Assembly (NCBI GenBank): GCA_951406725.2
Contig: OX597815.1
Location: forward strand, 171,988,001 to 172,052,000
Length of the DNA stretch: 64,000 nucleotides
Direction of reading: 5' to 3'
Source: Octopus vulgaris
Lineage: Eukaryota
Of the stretch, positions 39,038-51,742 are shown piece after piece. Position 1 is the stretch's first letter. Every line of letters begins with the position of its first letter. The position numbers were made by a program, and so were the translations under genes. The notes beneath the pieces were generated by a model. The model was not told the DNA's origin, ran no database searches, and saw only the letters and a program-made list of their open reading frames with translations.

Positions 39038-41299
39038 ATAGCATGTACTAAGCCTTAAGCATGTGATGTCTAACAATAATTGTGCAAAATAAGCTTTATG
39101 GTTTAAAGGTTTGTAATGCATCTTATTCTTTAAACATTATCTGGAATGAAATAAACATTGGTGATTCTTTGCCCCATGCAAAAACTGCAAGCGTAATTCA
39201 GAGATTTTACAAGCTCTCTTTCTAAATTCATTGCAATGTTGGAAGCTTTTTGTGTCATTAACAGGTTTCTTAGGGTCACAAACATTTTCCCCCCTTTAGC
39301 CTTTACAATTTGCCTGAGTGAAGTAGCAAGGACTGAACTAGTCCTCACCAATGGAAGGGTTCCACTTTTGGTCTCTTATCAACCATGGCCACCTTGAGCT
39401 GATTTCAGCAGCTGTGCCTATCTCTTTGGTGGCTTACCTGTTAAAAGGGTAAAGATCCCCTTTGGTCATGAATGACCATGGGATTGCATCTGGAAAGTTC
39501 CCCTCTGAAGCACAAGTCCAGGCAAGGTTGTTTATGGAAGACCAGCAGTCACCCATGCATATCAGCCTCCCCTCTCTATGCCACTGATGTTATCTAAGGG
39601 AAAGGCAAAGGCTGACACAGCTTGGCAGCAGAAATGTTGCAACTCATTTCTACAGCTGAGTGAACTAAAGCAACATGAAATAAAGTGTCTTGCTCAAGAA
39701 CACAAAACACAGCCCATTCCAAGAATCAAACTCACTACCTCATGATAGTGAGCCCAATGCTCTAACTACTGAGCCATGCCTGCTATATGTAAAACATAAA
39801 TTTTAAAAATGAAACAATCATTATCTGTTTAAGAAATTTTATTCTTCCTTAAATTTTTCTACCAGTATACATTTTTTTTCAAGAGAAATATCAACATTTG
39901 ACTTTCCTACATAAGTCGAAAATAAATAAACAATTCCAAACATAAAATATAAAATTTATTAAATCAGAACTGCTTCACTTTTTACTATGACCTCCTCCAA
40001 AAATGTATTTGCTGAGTTCCTTTTCTGTGGAAAAGCAAATGGAGATTCTTGTTACTTTACAATCTTTTCTCCTACATGGTGCATAACTTGCAAGTTCTGT
40101 CCTGCATTAAACAGAGGTGAAATGAATTGCTGTTTGGGAGACAGGTTCTGTGAGAATTTGATTCACACTTTACTACCACTCCGTCATTCACCTTGGGCAA
40201 TATTCACATTACCCTCTCACAGTTTTTTTTCCACTCTTTTACTTTTACCATTTTTTATTCTCAATTTTGTAAACAAGGCAACAACACTTAAATGTACCCC
40301 ACCTCTTTCTCTCTGAGATATCTCAGACAGGACAAGCACCCAAAATAGTAGAATTCACCCACTCTAACAGCAAATGAACTCGCAGAACTCTCCTATTTCC
40401 ATATATGTGGAGTTTACATTCAATTGAAGAATATCATAAGGAATTTTATTTACTTCAAAACATTTTCTAGAACATAAACTTTTTTTTTACACCAATAATT
40501 TGAAAACCACTTCTAAGCCAGAAAGAAGGCAACTAGAGAAACTGTAGCAATATTAACCTGTTTGCACACGAGTAAACATGTGAAAGTGCGCTATTCAACT
40601 TTATGAAGTTATAACGATATCCAGCACATTATGCCTTCTATGCATGATTTCTATCAGTGGTAGGTGATTCACACAAGAATCTGTGCTTAAAGATCCTGCT
40701 CAAATATTCTACCCAAGACTCTCACTCTTAAACTGGCAACATTCCATATAGTCTGCACATTAACTTTCAAGGATCACATCACAAGAAATGAATGAATAAA
40801 CTTGTAATTTTATGTCACTATTGATTACTCAACCACTTACATCATCATCATGTAACATCTATTTTCCATGCTGGCATGGGTTGGACAGTTTGACCAGAGC
40901 TGGTAAGGCCAGAGGACCACACCAGGCTCCACTGTCTGTTCTGACATGGTTTTTATGGTTAGATGCTCTTCTTAATGCCAACCACTCCACAGAGTGTACT
41001 GGGTGCTTTTTATGTGACACCAGTACAAGTGCTTTTTTAAGTGACACCAGCTCCAGTATCAATTCTATTGTGGCAGATGAGTCTTCTTGAGTACAGCAGT
41101 GTGCCAGATATCTTGATCCTTAGTCATCTCCTTCATAAGGCTCAGAGTGGCCTTCAGTGCTTCATTTCCTATCCTCCTCACTATAATTACATGTTAATTC
41201 TCTCATTTCCTGCCATCACATGTATGGAAGCAGGCATGGCTACCAGGCTATGTAGATTACAAACATATGATTCTGGGTTTGGCCTCACTGCATAGCATT

Positions 41300-41650
41300 T
41301 CATCATCATCATCGTTTAACGTCCGCTTTCCATGCTAGCATGGGTTGGACGATTTTGACTGAGGTCTGGCAAACCAGATGGCTGCACCAGGCTCAAATCT
41401 TGATCTGGCAGAGTTTCTACAGCTGGATGCCCTTCCTAACACCAACCACTCCAAGAGTGTAGTGGGTGCCTTTTACGTGCCACCAGCACGGGGGTCAGTC
41501 AGGCGGTACTGGCAATGACCTCGCTTGAATCTTTTTACATGTGCCAGTGAAGCGATGTTGGTAACGATCACGCTCGAATGGTGCCCTTTTACGTGCCACG
41601 GGTACGGAAGCCAGTTGGCTGCTCTGGCAACGATCCCGCCTGGATGGTGC
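41300..41650 (-). mobile_element. RTE-family 3' UTR copy
   Basis: Starts CATCATCATCGTTTAACGTCCGCTTTCCATGCTAGC. Confidence 0.8.
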
Positions 41651-42221
41651 ATTTAGTTAAAGTAAATAAAACTATAAATAATAAGCATGTGAAGCCTTCA
41701 ACTTTTACTATTCAAAGGATTTTAAACTCAGTATTTACTCACAATTATAGCTTTATATTGAGTTCCATATTTGAATTTGGCATGTTATGTTCCTTTACAT
41801 TGACATTCATTTTTATGAGTCAATAACAACCAGACAGGACACCAGGTTAATATAACTGATTGTAACACTCTTGAAGATAGTGCTCTGGCAGTGCACCAGT
41901 TCAATGAGTAGAACAATAAAAGAATTTAAGATTTTCTTTTTCACCTAAGGAGCTGTACTAAAATATAGGCACTTGAAATAAAGCTATAAATAATAGTGAG
42001 TAAATACTGGGTTAAAAACTCTTTGGATAGTAAAAGCTGAAGGCTTCACATGCTATTATTTATAGTTTTATCTGCTTTAAAACTGAATTATTTCACGTTC
42101 TCTCGAAGTTTCTAAAGTTCTTATGACATAAAAAGTAAACAATTTCTTTTTAAGCAATTCTATATAGATAAAAAAAGAGAAAAATTCTTTTGTTTTTTAA
42201 ATTGTATAAATCAGTTCTTAC

Positions 42222-42321
42222 CTTTGGAAGAAAATAGGCAGGAGACGTTTTCGAATAACTCCTCTATGATGAGTCCGAGCAGTAAGTTCTTGTCCAATGT
42301 AACAACCTTTTTGGAAACTCA
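42222..42321 (-). CDS. IBA57: IBA57-like coding exon 5 ([33 protein letters not shown])
   Basis: Contains the YgfZ/IBA57 signature KGCYxGQE. tttttttag acceptor and AG|GTAAG donor. 100 nt, phase 1 to 2. Confidence 0.95.
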
Positions 42322-43129
42322 CTAAAAAAAATAATAATAATTTCAAATTTTGGTACAAGGCCAGCAAGTTCGGGGGAGGGGGTAAGTTGATTACATTAAC
42401 CCTAGTGTTCAACTGGTACTTATCTACCCTGAAGGATGAAAGGCAAAAATAATAATAATAACAATGGTTTCAAATTTTGGCACATGCCAACAAATTTGGA
42501 AGGGGTAAGTTGATTACCTCCAATGCTCAACTGGTACTTATTTTATCAATACCAAGAGGATGGAAGGCAAAGTTGACCTCAGTGGTATGTGAACTCAGAA
42601 TGAGATACCACTAAGCATTTTGCCTAACATGCAAACATCTGGAAGAAATGATGATGAGATGATGATGATGGCGGTGGTGGTGGTAATGATGATGATAATG
42701 AGGAGGAGGAGAATTACATTGGCCAAAACAACTGCTGATCTGAGGAGAAAGATGTAACTGGCTAAACTTATCCAACAAAAATCAGTACAAACGTGTTCTA
42801 TTAACAGTAAAAAATAAGTACTAAAAAAATATTGCTTTTGTCTACTGATTCTATTGTCCTCGAGCAATAGGAAGGGGCGTAATTATGTATACCTATTATT
42901 TCTTCCACTCCACTCCACTACTCATAAAAAATTTAAGTAGAAAAAGGAAAATGACAGTAATGACAATAATTTCTAGACCAAGTGCAAAAATCCCTGACAA
43001 ACAGAGCTAATGTCTTTCTGAAGGTTCAGATATGGTTTCTGCAGTAAGGTGTAAACTCAAAAACTTAACGTCTAGAAATACATTATATGATCCACTCAGT
43101 GATAGCAATTTTCAGTAAGAATCATAATA

Positions 43130-43755
43130 ATTCTTCTACTACAGACACAAGGCCTGAAATTTTACAAGAGGGGGTAGTAACATTGACCCCAGTGTTCAAC
43201 TGGTACTTATTTTATTGACCCCCAAAAGATGAAAGGCAAAGTTAATTTGGTGGAATTTGAACTCAGAATATAAAACCAGAAGAAATATCTCTAAGCATTT
43301 TGTCCAGCATTCTTATTTCTTTATTGCCCACAGTGGGCTAAACATAGAAGGGACAAACAAGGACAGACAAAGGAATTAAGTCGATTACATCGACCCCAGT
43401 GCATAACTGGTACTTAATTTATCGACCCTGAAAGGATGAAAGGCAAAGTCGACCTTGACGGAATTTGAACTCAGAACATAACAGCTGACATAATACCACT
43501 AAGCATTTTGCCCAGTGTGCTAACATTTCTGCCAGGTCACCGCCTTACATTTTGTCCATCATTCTGCCAGCTCATCACCTTAATAATATTCATAATCTTT
43601 TCTACTAGAGGTACCGGGCCTGAAATTTTTGGTGGGGTTATTTCATTAACCCCAAAAGGATGAAAAGCAAAATTTGAACTCAGAATGTAAAGACAGACAA
43701 AATGCCACTAAGCATTTTATCAGGTATGCTAATGACTGTTAGTTCACTGCCTTCT
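43130..43755 (-). mobile_element. Cluster of nested SINE family B copies
   Basis: Three GGATGAAAGGCAAA...GAACTCAGAA-like cores. The copy at 43313-43545 is inserted into another one. Confidence 0.8.
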
Positions 43756-43844
43756 TATTGAACAGATTGATTTCTTTGATTTGCCACAAGCATAAAGAGA
43801 TATAGGGACATTACAAAGCCAAATTATAAATGATTATACATATA

Positions 43845-44609
43845 TAAAGTCTGATCAATAAGTATCCGGACTGCTGCTTTAGTAACAAAGCTAAAGCATG
43901 GGATGTGAAGCTGCTGGGCACAGATTGACCTTGAACACTACTGCGCATGCGCACTAAGTTTTAACGTTCTAGCTCACTTCTGCTGTTTACAGCAGTGCTT
44001 GGAAGGAAAGTGTGTAGCATGTGATTGCCACATTGACAATGACAGAGGAAGTTGAGTAGAGAATCTGCACCAAATTTTGCCAAACGCTTGGCGATACCTG
44101 CTCAGAGACCTAGGCAAAGTTTTCAAAAAGTTTTCATCATTCTCAACACAATCAAGGGGATCTTGTGCAACTGAAACCCGAGAGTCTTTTTTGGTCAGCT
44201 GAAAGCAGTTTTGACACAAACTTGGCAGACACATTCTCAGTGATAATAGACTGAACTGAACCGTAACTAATCTGTACATCCTCTGATAACTCACAGATGG
44301 TGATTCGATGATTTCCCCTCACAGCTGCAATGTTTTTCTCAGTTCTGCTGGTTGTGGGTCTCTCAGAAAATTCGTCACTATCAACATTTTTTCGGACATC
44401 TTGGAAATATCTGAACCACTCGTACACTTGTGTGCAGCTCATACCTTCCTTCCAAGCACTGCTGTAAACAGCAGAAATGAGCTAGAACGTTAAAACTTAG
44501 TGCGCATGCACAGCAGAGTTCAAGGTTAATCTTTGCCAAGTGGCTTCACTCTGCATGCTTTAGCTTCATTACTATGGTAAAAGTCCAGATATTTATTGAT
44601 CAGACCTCG
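43845..44609. mobile_element. Non-autonomous mariner derivative with ~165-bp inverted left ends
   Basis: Ends GTCTGATCAATAAGTATCCGGAC / GTCCAGATATTTATTGATCAGACCTCG-TA. Transposase N-terminus on + at ~44040 and HTH fragments 'QVYEWF..F', 'RITICELSE' and 'VSAKFVSKLL' on minus. Confidence 0.85.
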
Positions 44610-44615
44610 TATATA

Positions 44616-45552
44616 CACCCAGAATCACACTAATAGCTCAGAAGTGAAATTTAGGATTTCTCAGTTTTCTGTGAATCGATTTTGATAAAACTGTTCCCAG
44701 ATGGTTTGTACACTGTGGCAACACCATTGTTATGTATTTATTATTCTTCATAAAGTCCTTTCTTTTTTTATTTCAGATTCTTTAGTTTTTGGGTGAACCA
44801 GGCTAATAGCTTTTGAATGAAAATAACCCATCTAGACATTGTTTTTCAGAAAATGAAGGGTAATGATACATATTAAGCATACATTAAGTATATATTTAAC
44901 AGAAAACCATAATAATATTATAACATTTATTGACATAATGAATTATTTAGCCGTATGAGCACCAAGGAAATAAAAAAGAAAGGACGTTACACAGAATAAT
45001 GAAAACATAACAATGGTGTTTCCATAGTGTACAAACCATCTGGGAAAAGTTTTTTTATCAAAATCAATCCACAAAATCAATTCATAGGTGCAGGAGTGGC
45101 AGTGTGGTAAGTAGCTTGCTTACCAACCACATGGTCCCGAGTTCTGTCCCACTGCATGGCACCTTGGGCAAGTGTCTTCTACTATAGCCTCGGGTCGACC
45201 AAAGCCTTGTGAGTGGATTTGGTAGATAGAAAATGAAAGAAGCCCGTCGTATATATATATATATATATATATGTTTGTGTGTCTGTATTTGTCCCCCTAG
45301 CATTGCTTGACAACCGATGCTGGTGTGTTTATGTCCCCGTCACTTAGCGGTTCGGCAAAAGAGACAGATAGAATAAGTACTGGGCTTACAAAGAATAAGT
45401 CCTGGGGCCAAGTTGCTTGATTAAAGGCGGTGCTCCAGCATGGCCGCAGTCAAATGACTGAAACAAGTAAAAGAGTAAAAGAGAGAGAGAGAGAGAGAGA
45501 GAAACAAGAAATCCTAAATTTCACTCCTAAGTTATTAGTGTGATTCTGGGTG
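44616..45552. mobile_element. MITE with long imperfect TIRs, interrupted by a SINE
   Basis: CACCCAGAATCACACTAAT / ATTAGTGTGATTCTGGGTG termini. Inner arms 44670-44735 / 45005-45075 are complementary. A SINE at 45087-45481 splits the right arm. Confidence 0.75.
45087..45481 (+). mobile_element. tRNA-derived SINE family A (~400 bp with an internal TA/TG tract)
   Basis: Pol III A-box TGGCAGTGTGG and a B-box-like GAGTTCTGTCCC. Tail GAAACAAGTAAAAGAG. Many near-identical copies in this window. Confidence 0.88.
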
Positions 45553-45557
45553 GGTGG

Positions 45558-45627
<70 letters not shown>

Positions 45628-46009
45628 CATCATTATTGTTGTTTAACGTCCATTTTCCATGCTGGCATGGGTTAGACGATTTGATAGGAACTGGCCAGCT
45701 GGAGAGCTGCCGAGGCTACATTTGTCTGTTATGGCATGGTCTCTTCAGCTGGATGTCCTTCCTAATATCAACCACTTTACAGAGCATACTGGGTGCTTTT
45801 AACATGGCACCAGCCCGGGCACTTTTACATGGAACAGGTGCTTCTACATGACACCAACACAGGCACTTTTAATGGCACTGACAACGGTTGCTTTTATGTG
45901 GCACTGGCAGCTGCACCTTTGCTTGGCCCCAGCACAGGTGCTTTTACATGGCACCCCATATATATATAAGTATATGAATAAAAACTTCGACTGAAATGAT
46001 ACAACTTAC

Positions 46010-46135
46010 CACCATTTAAAAATACCAGATTACTTTCTAAAGGAAAGCAGCTGCCTGGTGGGAGATCAGATGTTCCTTCAGCAATACCCATTTCATATCG
46101 TCTTATGTGATATTCCTCTTCTGGATCTGATACAC
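46010..46135 (-). CDS. IBA57: IBA57-like coding exon 4 (…[36 protein letters not shown])
   Basis: Pyrimidine-rich catatag acceptor and G|GTAAGT donor. 126 nt, phase 1 to 1. Contains the conserved 'YH..RY..G..EG..DLPPG...PLESNL..LNG'. Confidence 0.9.
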
Positions 46136-46321
46136 CTATATGGAAATATGGAAAGTGACTATAATTATAATAATTTCAGATGGCATCATGAATATTACGG
46201 AAAGTTTACTTACCTTTGCCTCTATTACTGGCACATACAAATTTGATCATAACTACCACGGTTATTGCTATATTTGGAGATGGTCATCTTTTGTTAATTA
46301 AACATACACACTATTTATTTG

Positions 46322-46743
46322 AATAGAAATAATACATTTCTAAATATCTCAGAGAGATTTATGCAGTAGTGGTACGGTAAAGTAGTTGTATACTGTCAAC
46401 TTAATGTGAGTCTCATGAAGGGAATCATGCTACTGCTATTTAGCCCTAGGAAGCAGCAATGCTTCCTGTCGGCCTTGACACATTTCCTGTGTCCTTATGT
46501 TTACAAGGGGGCGATTAGCACCTTCACTCAGCTAAGCCTACACCCAGAGACTAGTTTCTGAGTCTTTGCTCATCATCAGTCTGGAGTAGCATGGCCTGCT
46601 AATTGGAGATGCCTATCTAGCTCTTGTAAACATATAGGAATTCTAATGAAATAAATTCACTGATTACAAAACTATAAAGGGCCTTTATCGTACCACTACT
46701 GCATAAATCTCTCTGAGATATTTAGAAATGTATTATTTCTATT
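46322..46743. mobile_element. ~420-bp non-coding element with ~61-bp terminal inverted repeats and an internal hammerhead
   Basis: Inverted repeats 46322-46382 / 46683-46743 (one mismatch), several internal hairpins, and no ORF. Confidence 0.8.
46544..46584 (-). ncRNA. Canonical minimal type I hammerhead ribozyme (GUC)
   Basis: Minus strand reads CCAGA-CTGATGA-TGAG caaaga CTCA-GAAAC-TA-GTC-TCTGG. All core nucleotides match, and stem III is palindromic (ACTAGT). Confidence 0.9.
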
Positions 46744-47068
46744 TCACATTAGTTTTATTACTACAAAAGAGAAAAATGGAAAAGGCAGGGCAAGAGGAGA
46801 CACATGGAATAAAGTGTCACTGAAGAGGTCACAAAATGTGTGACGGAAGGACTTTCACAGACAAATAAACTAAACAAAAAATAATACTAATATAACTAAA
46901 GTGAAGATCAAATAAATAGTGTGTGTGTGTTTACCTGGCAAAACATAACCATCCCCAAATATAAACATATTTGTTTCAAGAGACATTTTGACATCAAGAA
47001 TCTTGTAAAACAATACATAAACATACCGCAATTAACATTATCATTATTATGTAACAAAACATTTTGAA

Positions 47069-47460
47069 ATGCACATTTCAGTTTATACATGTATGCTAGT
47101 AGTTTTATATTTGTTTCTTGAGAAAATTGTGAGGCCCTGGATGGACAGAGTATGCAACAGAAGACTATGTGTCTTCCAACAAAACTATGCACTGTCTCAT
47201 AAAGCTAGGACAACCCAAGAGTGGGTGCATACTAATCTCCATGATCATGTTCTCCTAGCTCACCAGACCTCAATCCACTGGACTATTATGTATGGAGCAT
47301 AGTTGAGAGAGAGGTCAGTCAACACCCCCATAACACTATACAATCTCTCAAATCTGCTCTGTCTATATTGATAGAGATCATCTGATTCAGGCATGTCAAT
47401 GCTTCTGCATATTGAAGCAGCCATTGATGCAAATGGCAGATTCAATACATAAGTTTGATA
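47069..47460 (+). pseudogene. Tc1/mariner (maT/DD37D-like) transposase fragment
   Basis: 'LEKIVRPWM...VFQQNYALSHKARTTQEW', then after a frameshift 'PSSPDLNPLDYYVWSIVEREV..HPHNT'. Confidence 0.8.
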
Positions 47461-47690
47461 AAATGATTCCCAAGATTATTTCTACAGATTTGTTTTCAAA
47501 TACAGTTTTTCTTTGATGAGCTAAACATCTTTCTCTAAATTCATACAAATGACTCCCCCAAAAAGAAAAAAACTGATGCCCCATGCATACATGTATATAT
47601 GTATACATGCAAGTATGTACATATGTATTTATGCATGGACACAAGTATGTCTACAAATGCACACACACACGACAGGCTTCTTTCAGTTTC

Positions 47691-47920
47691 TTATTTCTTT
47701 ATTGCCAATAAGAGGCTAAACATAGAGGGGACAAACAAGGACAGACAAAGGGATTAAGTCAATTACATCGACCCCAGCGCGTAACTGGTACTTAATTTAT
47801 CGACTCCGAAAGGATGAAAGGCAAAGTCAACCTCGGCGGAATTTGAACTCAGAATGTAACAGCAGATGAAATACCACTAAGCATTTCATCCGGCGGGCTA
47901 ATGTTTCTGCCAGCTCGCCA
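47691..47920 (-). mobile_element. SINE family B copy nested in a family A fragment
   Basis: Flanked by duplicated CTTCTTTCAGTTTCT. Confidence 0.85.
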
Positions 47921-48716
47921 CTTCTTTCAGTTTCTGTCTGCCAAACCCAGACACAAAGCCTTGATTGGCTTGGAGCAGTAGAAGACACTAGCCCAAGTTA
48001 CTACAATGACATATGCAAAACAACCGAGAACTAAATTTTCACCATCCCACAATTGTTTGAAATTTTCACTACACGAAAATTAAGAAAGACTCACTAAATG
48101 GGTATCACAGGAGGTAACAAAATAAAAATAAAAAAAAAGAAAATTGATTTCACATTTGTTCTTGACATATATATTTATGTATCAGAGATGACATTCAATA
48201 TACAACAGAAATAAAGCATTCATATAAGAAACAATTCTTTAAACAACTCTGCTTTGTTGTGGCTTCAGTGTCATTGCACCAACTAGGATTGCTATTTTCC
48301 ATTGTGTAACTAAAGTAATTGTAAACTTGTTGCTATGACTACCATTATCAGTTGACAGTTAAACAATAAAGGCTTTTATTTAGGAAAAGAAGTAGTAAAA
48401 ACCAAGAATTAGATAATGCCGTAATTACCTCCAACAACAAAGGACCCAGATGTAGCAAACACCTTTTGAAAACATTAGACGTTAAATGATAACAATCTAA
48501 ATTCAGATACATTATTAGGACTGATGTGAAGGTACTGCATCAGGTTGAAAATTGTAATATCCATTATTGTATATCTATTTTTCTATGGTGGCTGCTCAGG
48601 AGCAAATGTTTTGGCAGAGTAGAAGTATTGATAGTATGCATTAAAATAAAGGTACTATGTTCAATCTTATTTCAAAGATATACTTTTTTTTTTTTTTTTG
48701 CTGTTAGTCAAGAGGG

Positions 48717-49060
48717 ATCATCATCATCATCATCGTTTAACGTCCGCTTTCCATGCTAGCATGGGTTGGACGGTTCAACTGGGGTCTGGGAAGCCCGAAG
48801 GCTGCACCAGGCCCAGTCAGATCTGGCAGTGTTTCTACAGTTGGATGCCCTTCCTAACGCCAACCACTCCGAGAGTGTAGTGGGTGATTTTTATGTGCCA
48901 CCGACACAGGTGCCAGACGAGGCTGGCGAACAGCCACACTCGGATGGTGTTTTTTACATGCCACCGGCACGGAGGCCAGTCAATGCGGTACTGGCTACGG
49001 CCACGTTCGGATGGTTTTCGTATGTGCCACCGGCACTGGTACCACATAACTACAAATTCC
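48717..49060 (-). mobile_element. RTE-family 3' UTR copy
   Basis: Starts CATCATCATCGTTTAACGTCCGCTTTCCATGCTAGC. Confidence 0.8.
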
Positions 49061-49892
49061 ATTAATGTTCAGTGCTTATGACCCTTCACAGATCCTTGGA
49101 AACTGGAGGGAAGGAGGAAGGTATTTTCAAATCAAATGCCTACATCAGAGTGGAATCTATTAAAGGGACCCCAAGGCACCAAGTGGTGGTGTTAGACAGT
49201 AATAGAAAAGGTCTGTCACTCATATAAGCCAGGGTGGAATTTGAATGCAAAACACAATGAGGAAGGAGGACACACAAAGCATCCAGTGCAACATTACTTA
49301 CAATTCTGATAATTGGCTGACATAGATTGGTACATTTGTGATCAACTCAAAAAAGAAAGAAAAAAAAAGAGAGGCAAGGTAGACCTTGGCAGGATTTGAC
49401 CTTAAAGCACAGGGGAGCAGAACATATACATAAGACATTCTGTCTGATTACTCTAACAACTGTGCCAATTCACCTACTACCACTTCACTGTCAATATGCC
49501 AACTTGCCACCTATTACCAACTCACTGCTGCCAACTCAGTACTTATTGCCAACCCACCACCAATTGCCAATTTACCATTTCATCATCATTTAACATCCAT
49601 TTTCCATGGTGGCATGGGTTGGACAGTATGACCAGAGCTGTCAAACAGGAGAGCAGCACCAGGTGCTGATCTGATTTGGCTTATTTTTCTATGGTTGGAT
49701 GCCCTTCCTAACACCAGTCACTTTACAGAGTGTGCTGAGTGCCTTTTACATGGCACTTGTACAGGTGCTTTTAATGTGACACTGGCATGGGTGAGGATGC
49801 TAATTGGAAATTAAAGCCAAGTCATAGGTTTAAATCTGTATTACAACTGTAGCCAACTTCTAAAGAATAAAAGCAATTAATAAAAAGTTATA

Positions 49893-50063
49893 GGCATAGG
49901 AGTGGCTGTGTGGTAAATAGCTTGTTTACCAACCACATGGTTCTGGGTTCAGTCCCACTGCATGGCATCTTGGGCAAGTGTCTTCTACTATAGCCTTGGG
50001 TTGACCAAAGCCTTGTGAGTGGATTTAGTAGACGGAAACTGAAAGAAGCCCGTCGTATGTATG

Positions 50064-50108
<45 letters not shown>

Positions 50109-50290
50109 GTTTGTGTGTCTGTGTTTGTCTCCCCCAACATCGCTTGACAACCGATGCTGGTGTGTTTACATCACCATAACTTAGAATAAGTACTAGGCTT
50201 ACAAAGAATAAGACCTGGGGTCAATTTGCTCGACTAAAGGCAATGCTCCAGCATGGCCACAGTCAAATGACTGAAACAAGTAAAAGAGTA
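49893..50290 (+). mobile_element. SINE family A copy
   Basis: Colinear with 45087-45481. Confidence 0.88.
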
Positions 50291-50978
50291 GAATAGAGAA
50301 TAAGATATCCTAACACCAGATTTCTTAGCTGTTTATTAGGTGAACAGAAATAAAACCATAGGCAAGAATAGCAGATTTTATTTAAATATGATAAATAATA
50401 GTTAATGTACTTAAACAAAGTGATTCATTAAATGACAATACATAACTTGTAACCAATGACAACATAATTTATATTACAACATTATACAAATGAGAAAAAT
50501 AAACTATGCTTTTCAATGTTTTAAGTAAGAAAATTAAATTTAAAACACAACATTAAATGAAATTTATTTCAAGTTTCCATGTGGTTTTAATTTTTGGATT
50601 TTATCACTCAATTAAAAACCCATCGTCAGTCATTATCAAGTTAACATCCACTATGCTATGCTTGCATTGGTCAGATGGAGTTTATTGAGGCAGATTTTCT
50701 GTCTGGATGCCCTCACTGTCAACAATCCTTGCCTGTTTTCAAGCAAGGTAATATTTCCCCATGGCCAGACTTGTTCTCACAAAATATTGGAAATGGAAAT
50801 GAATGATGCTGCTTGTATGACACGAGCACAAGAGGCATGAATATTAAAAGCAGGAGAAACAGAGACATAGGTGATAGACAGATGAATGATAAGAGCAGTA
50901 AGGAATAGAGAAGTGATAGAGGATGAATGATGGGTGTAGTATTCAAATGGTTGTGAATTATAACAGATATGAACAATA

Positions 50979-51157
50979 GGTGCAGGAGTGGCTATGTGGT
51001 AAGTAGCTTGCTTACCAACCACATGGTTCCAGGTTCATTCCAACTGCGTGGCACTTTGGGCAAGTGTCATCTACGATAGCCTCAAGCCGACCAAAGCCTT
51101 GTGAGTGGATTTGGTAGACGGAAACTGAAAGAAGCCAGTCGTATATATATATGTATG

Positions 51158-51190
<33 letters not shown>

Positions 51191-51400
51191 TTGTGTGTCT
51201 GTTTTTGTCCCTCCAACATCACTTGACAACCGATGGTGGTGTGTTTATGTCCCCCATAACTTAGCAGTTTGGCAAAAGAGACCGATAGAATAAGTACCAG
51301 GCTTCCAAAGAATAAGTCCTGGGGGTCAATTTGCTCGACTAAAGGTGGTGCTCCGGCATGGCCGCAGTCAAATGACTGAAACAAGTAAAAGAGTAAAAAG
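50979..51400 (+). mobile_element. SINE family A copy
   Basis: Colinear with 45087-45481. Confidence 0.88.
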
Positions 51401-51705
51401 GAGTAATGTAGGAATATTATCATCATCATCATTGCTTAACATCCCCTTTTCCATGCTTGCATGGGTTGTGTAGAACGTTTTGAGGCAGATGCCCTTCCTG
51501 TCACCAACCATCACCTGTTTCCAAGTAAGGCAATATTTCCCCATGACCAAACATTTCTCAGAAGATTGTAAACTAAGGGCACTTATGTAACAGTGACAAC
51601 TATCATGCAATGTCAAAGTAAAACACACACAAACAAGCACACACATATATATTTGTAAATATAATCATCACCATCATCATCATTGTTTAATGTCTGCGTT
51701 CCATG

Positions 51706-51742
<37 letters not shown>

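Noticed and set aside
48425-48500. Possible extra IBA57 exon (donor GAG|GTAATT)
   Set aside because: No acceptor gives phases compatible with both neighbours, and exons 3 and 4 join in frame without it.
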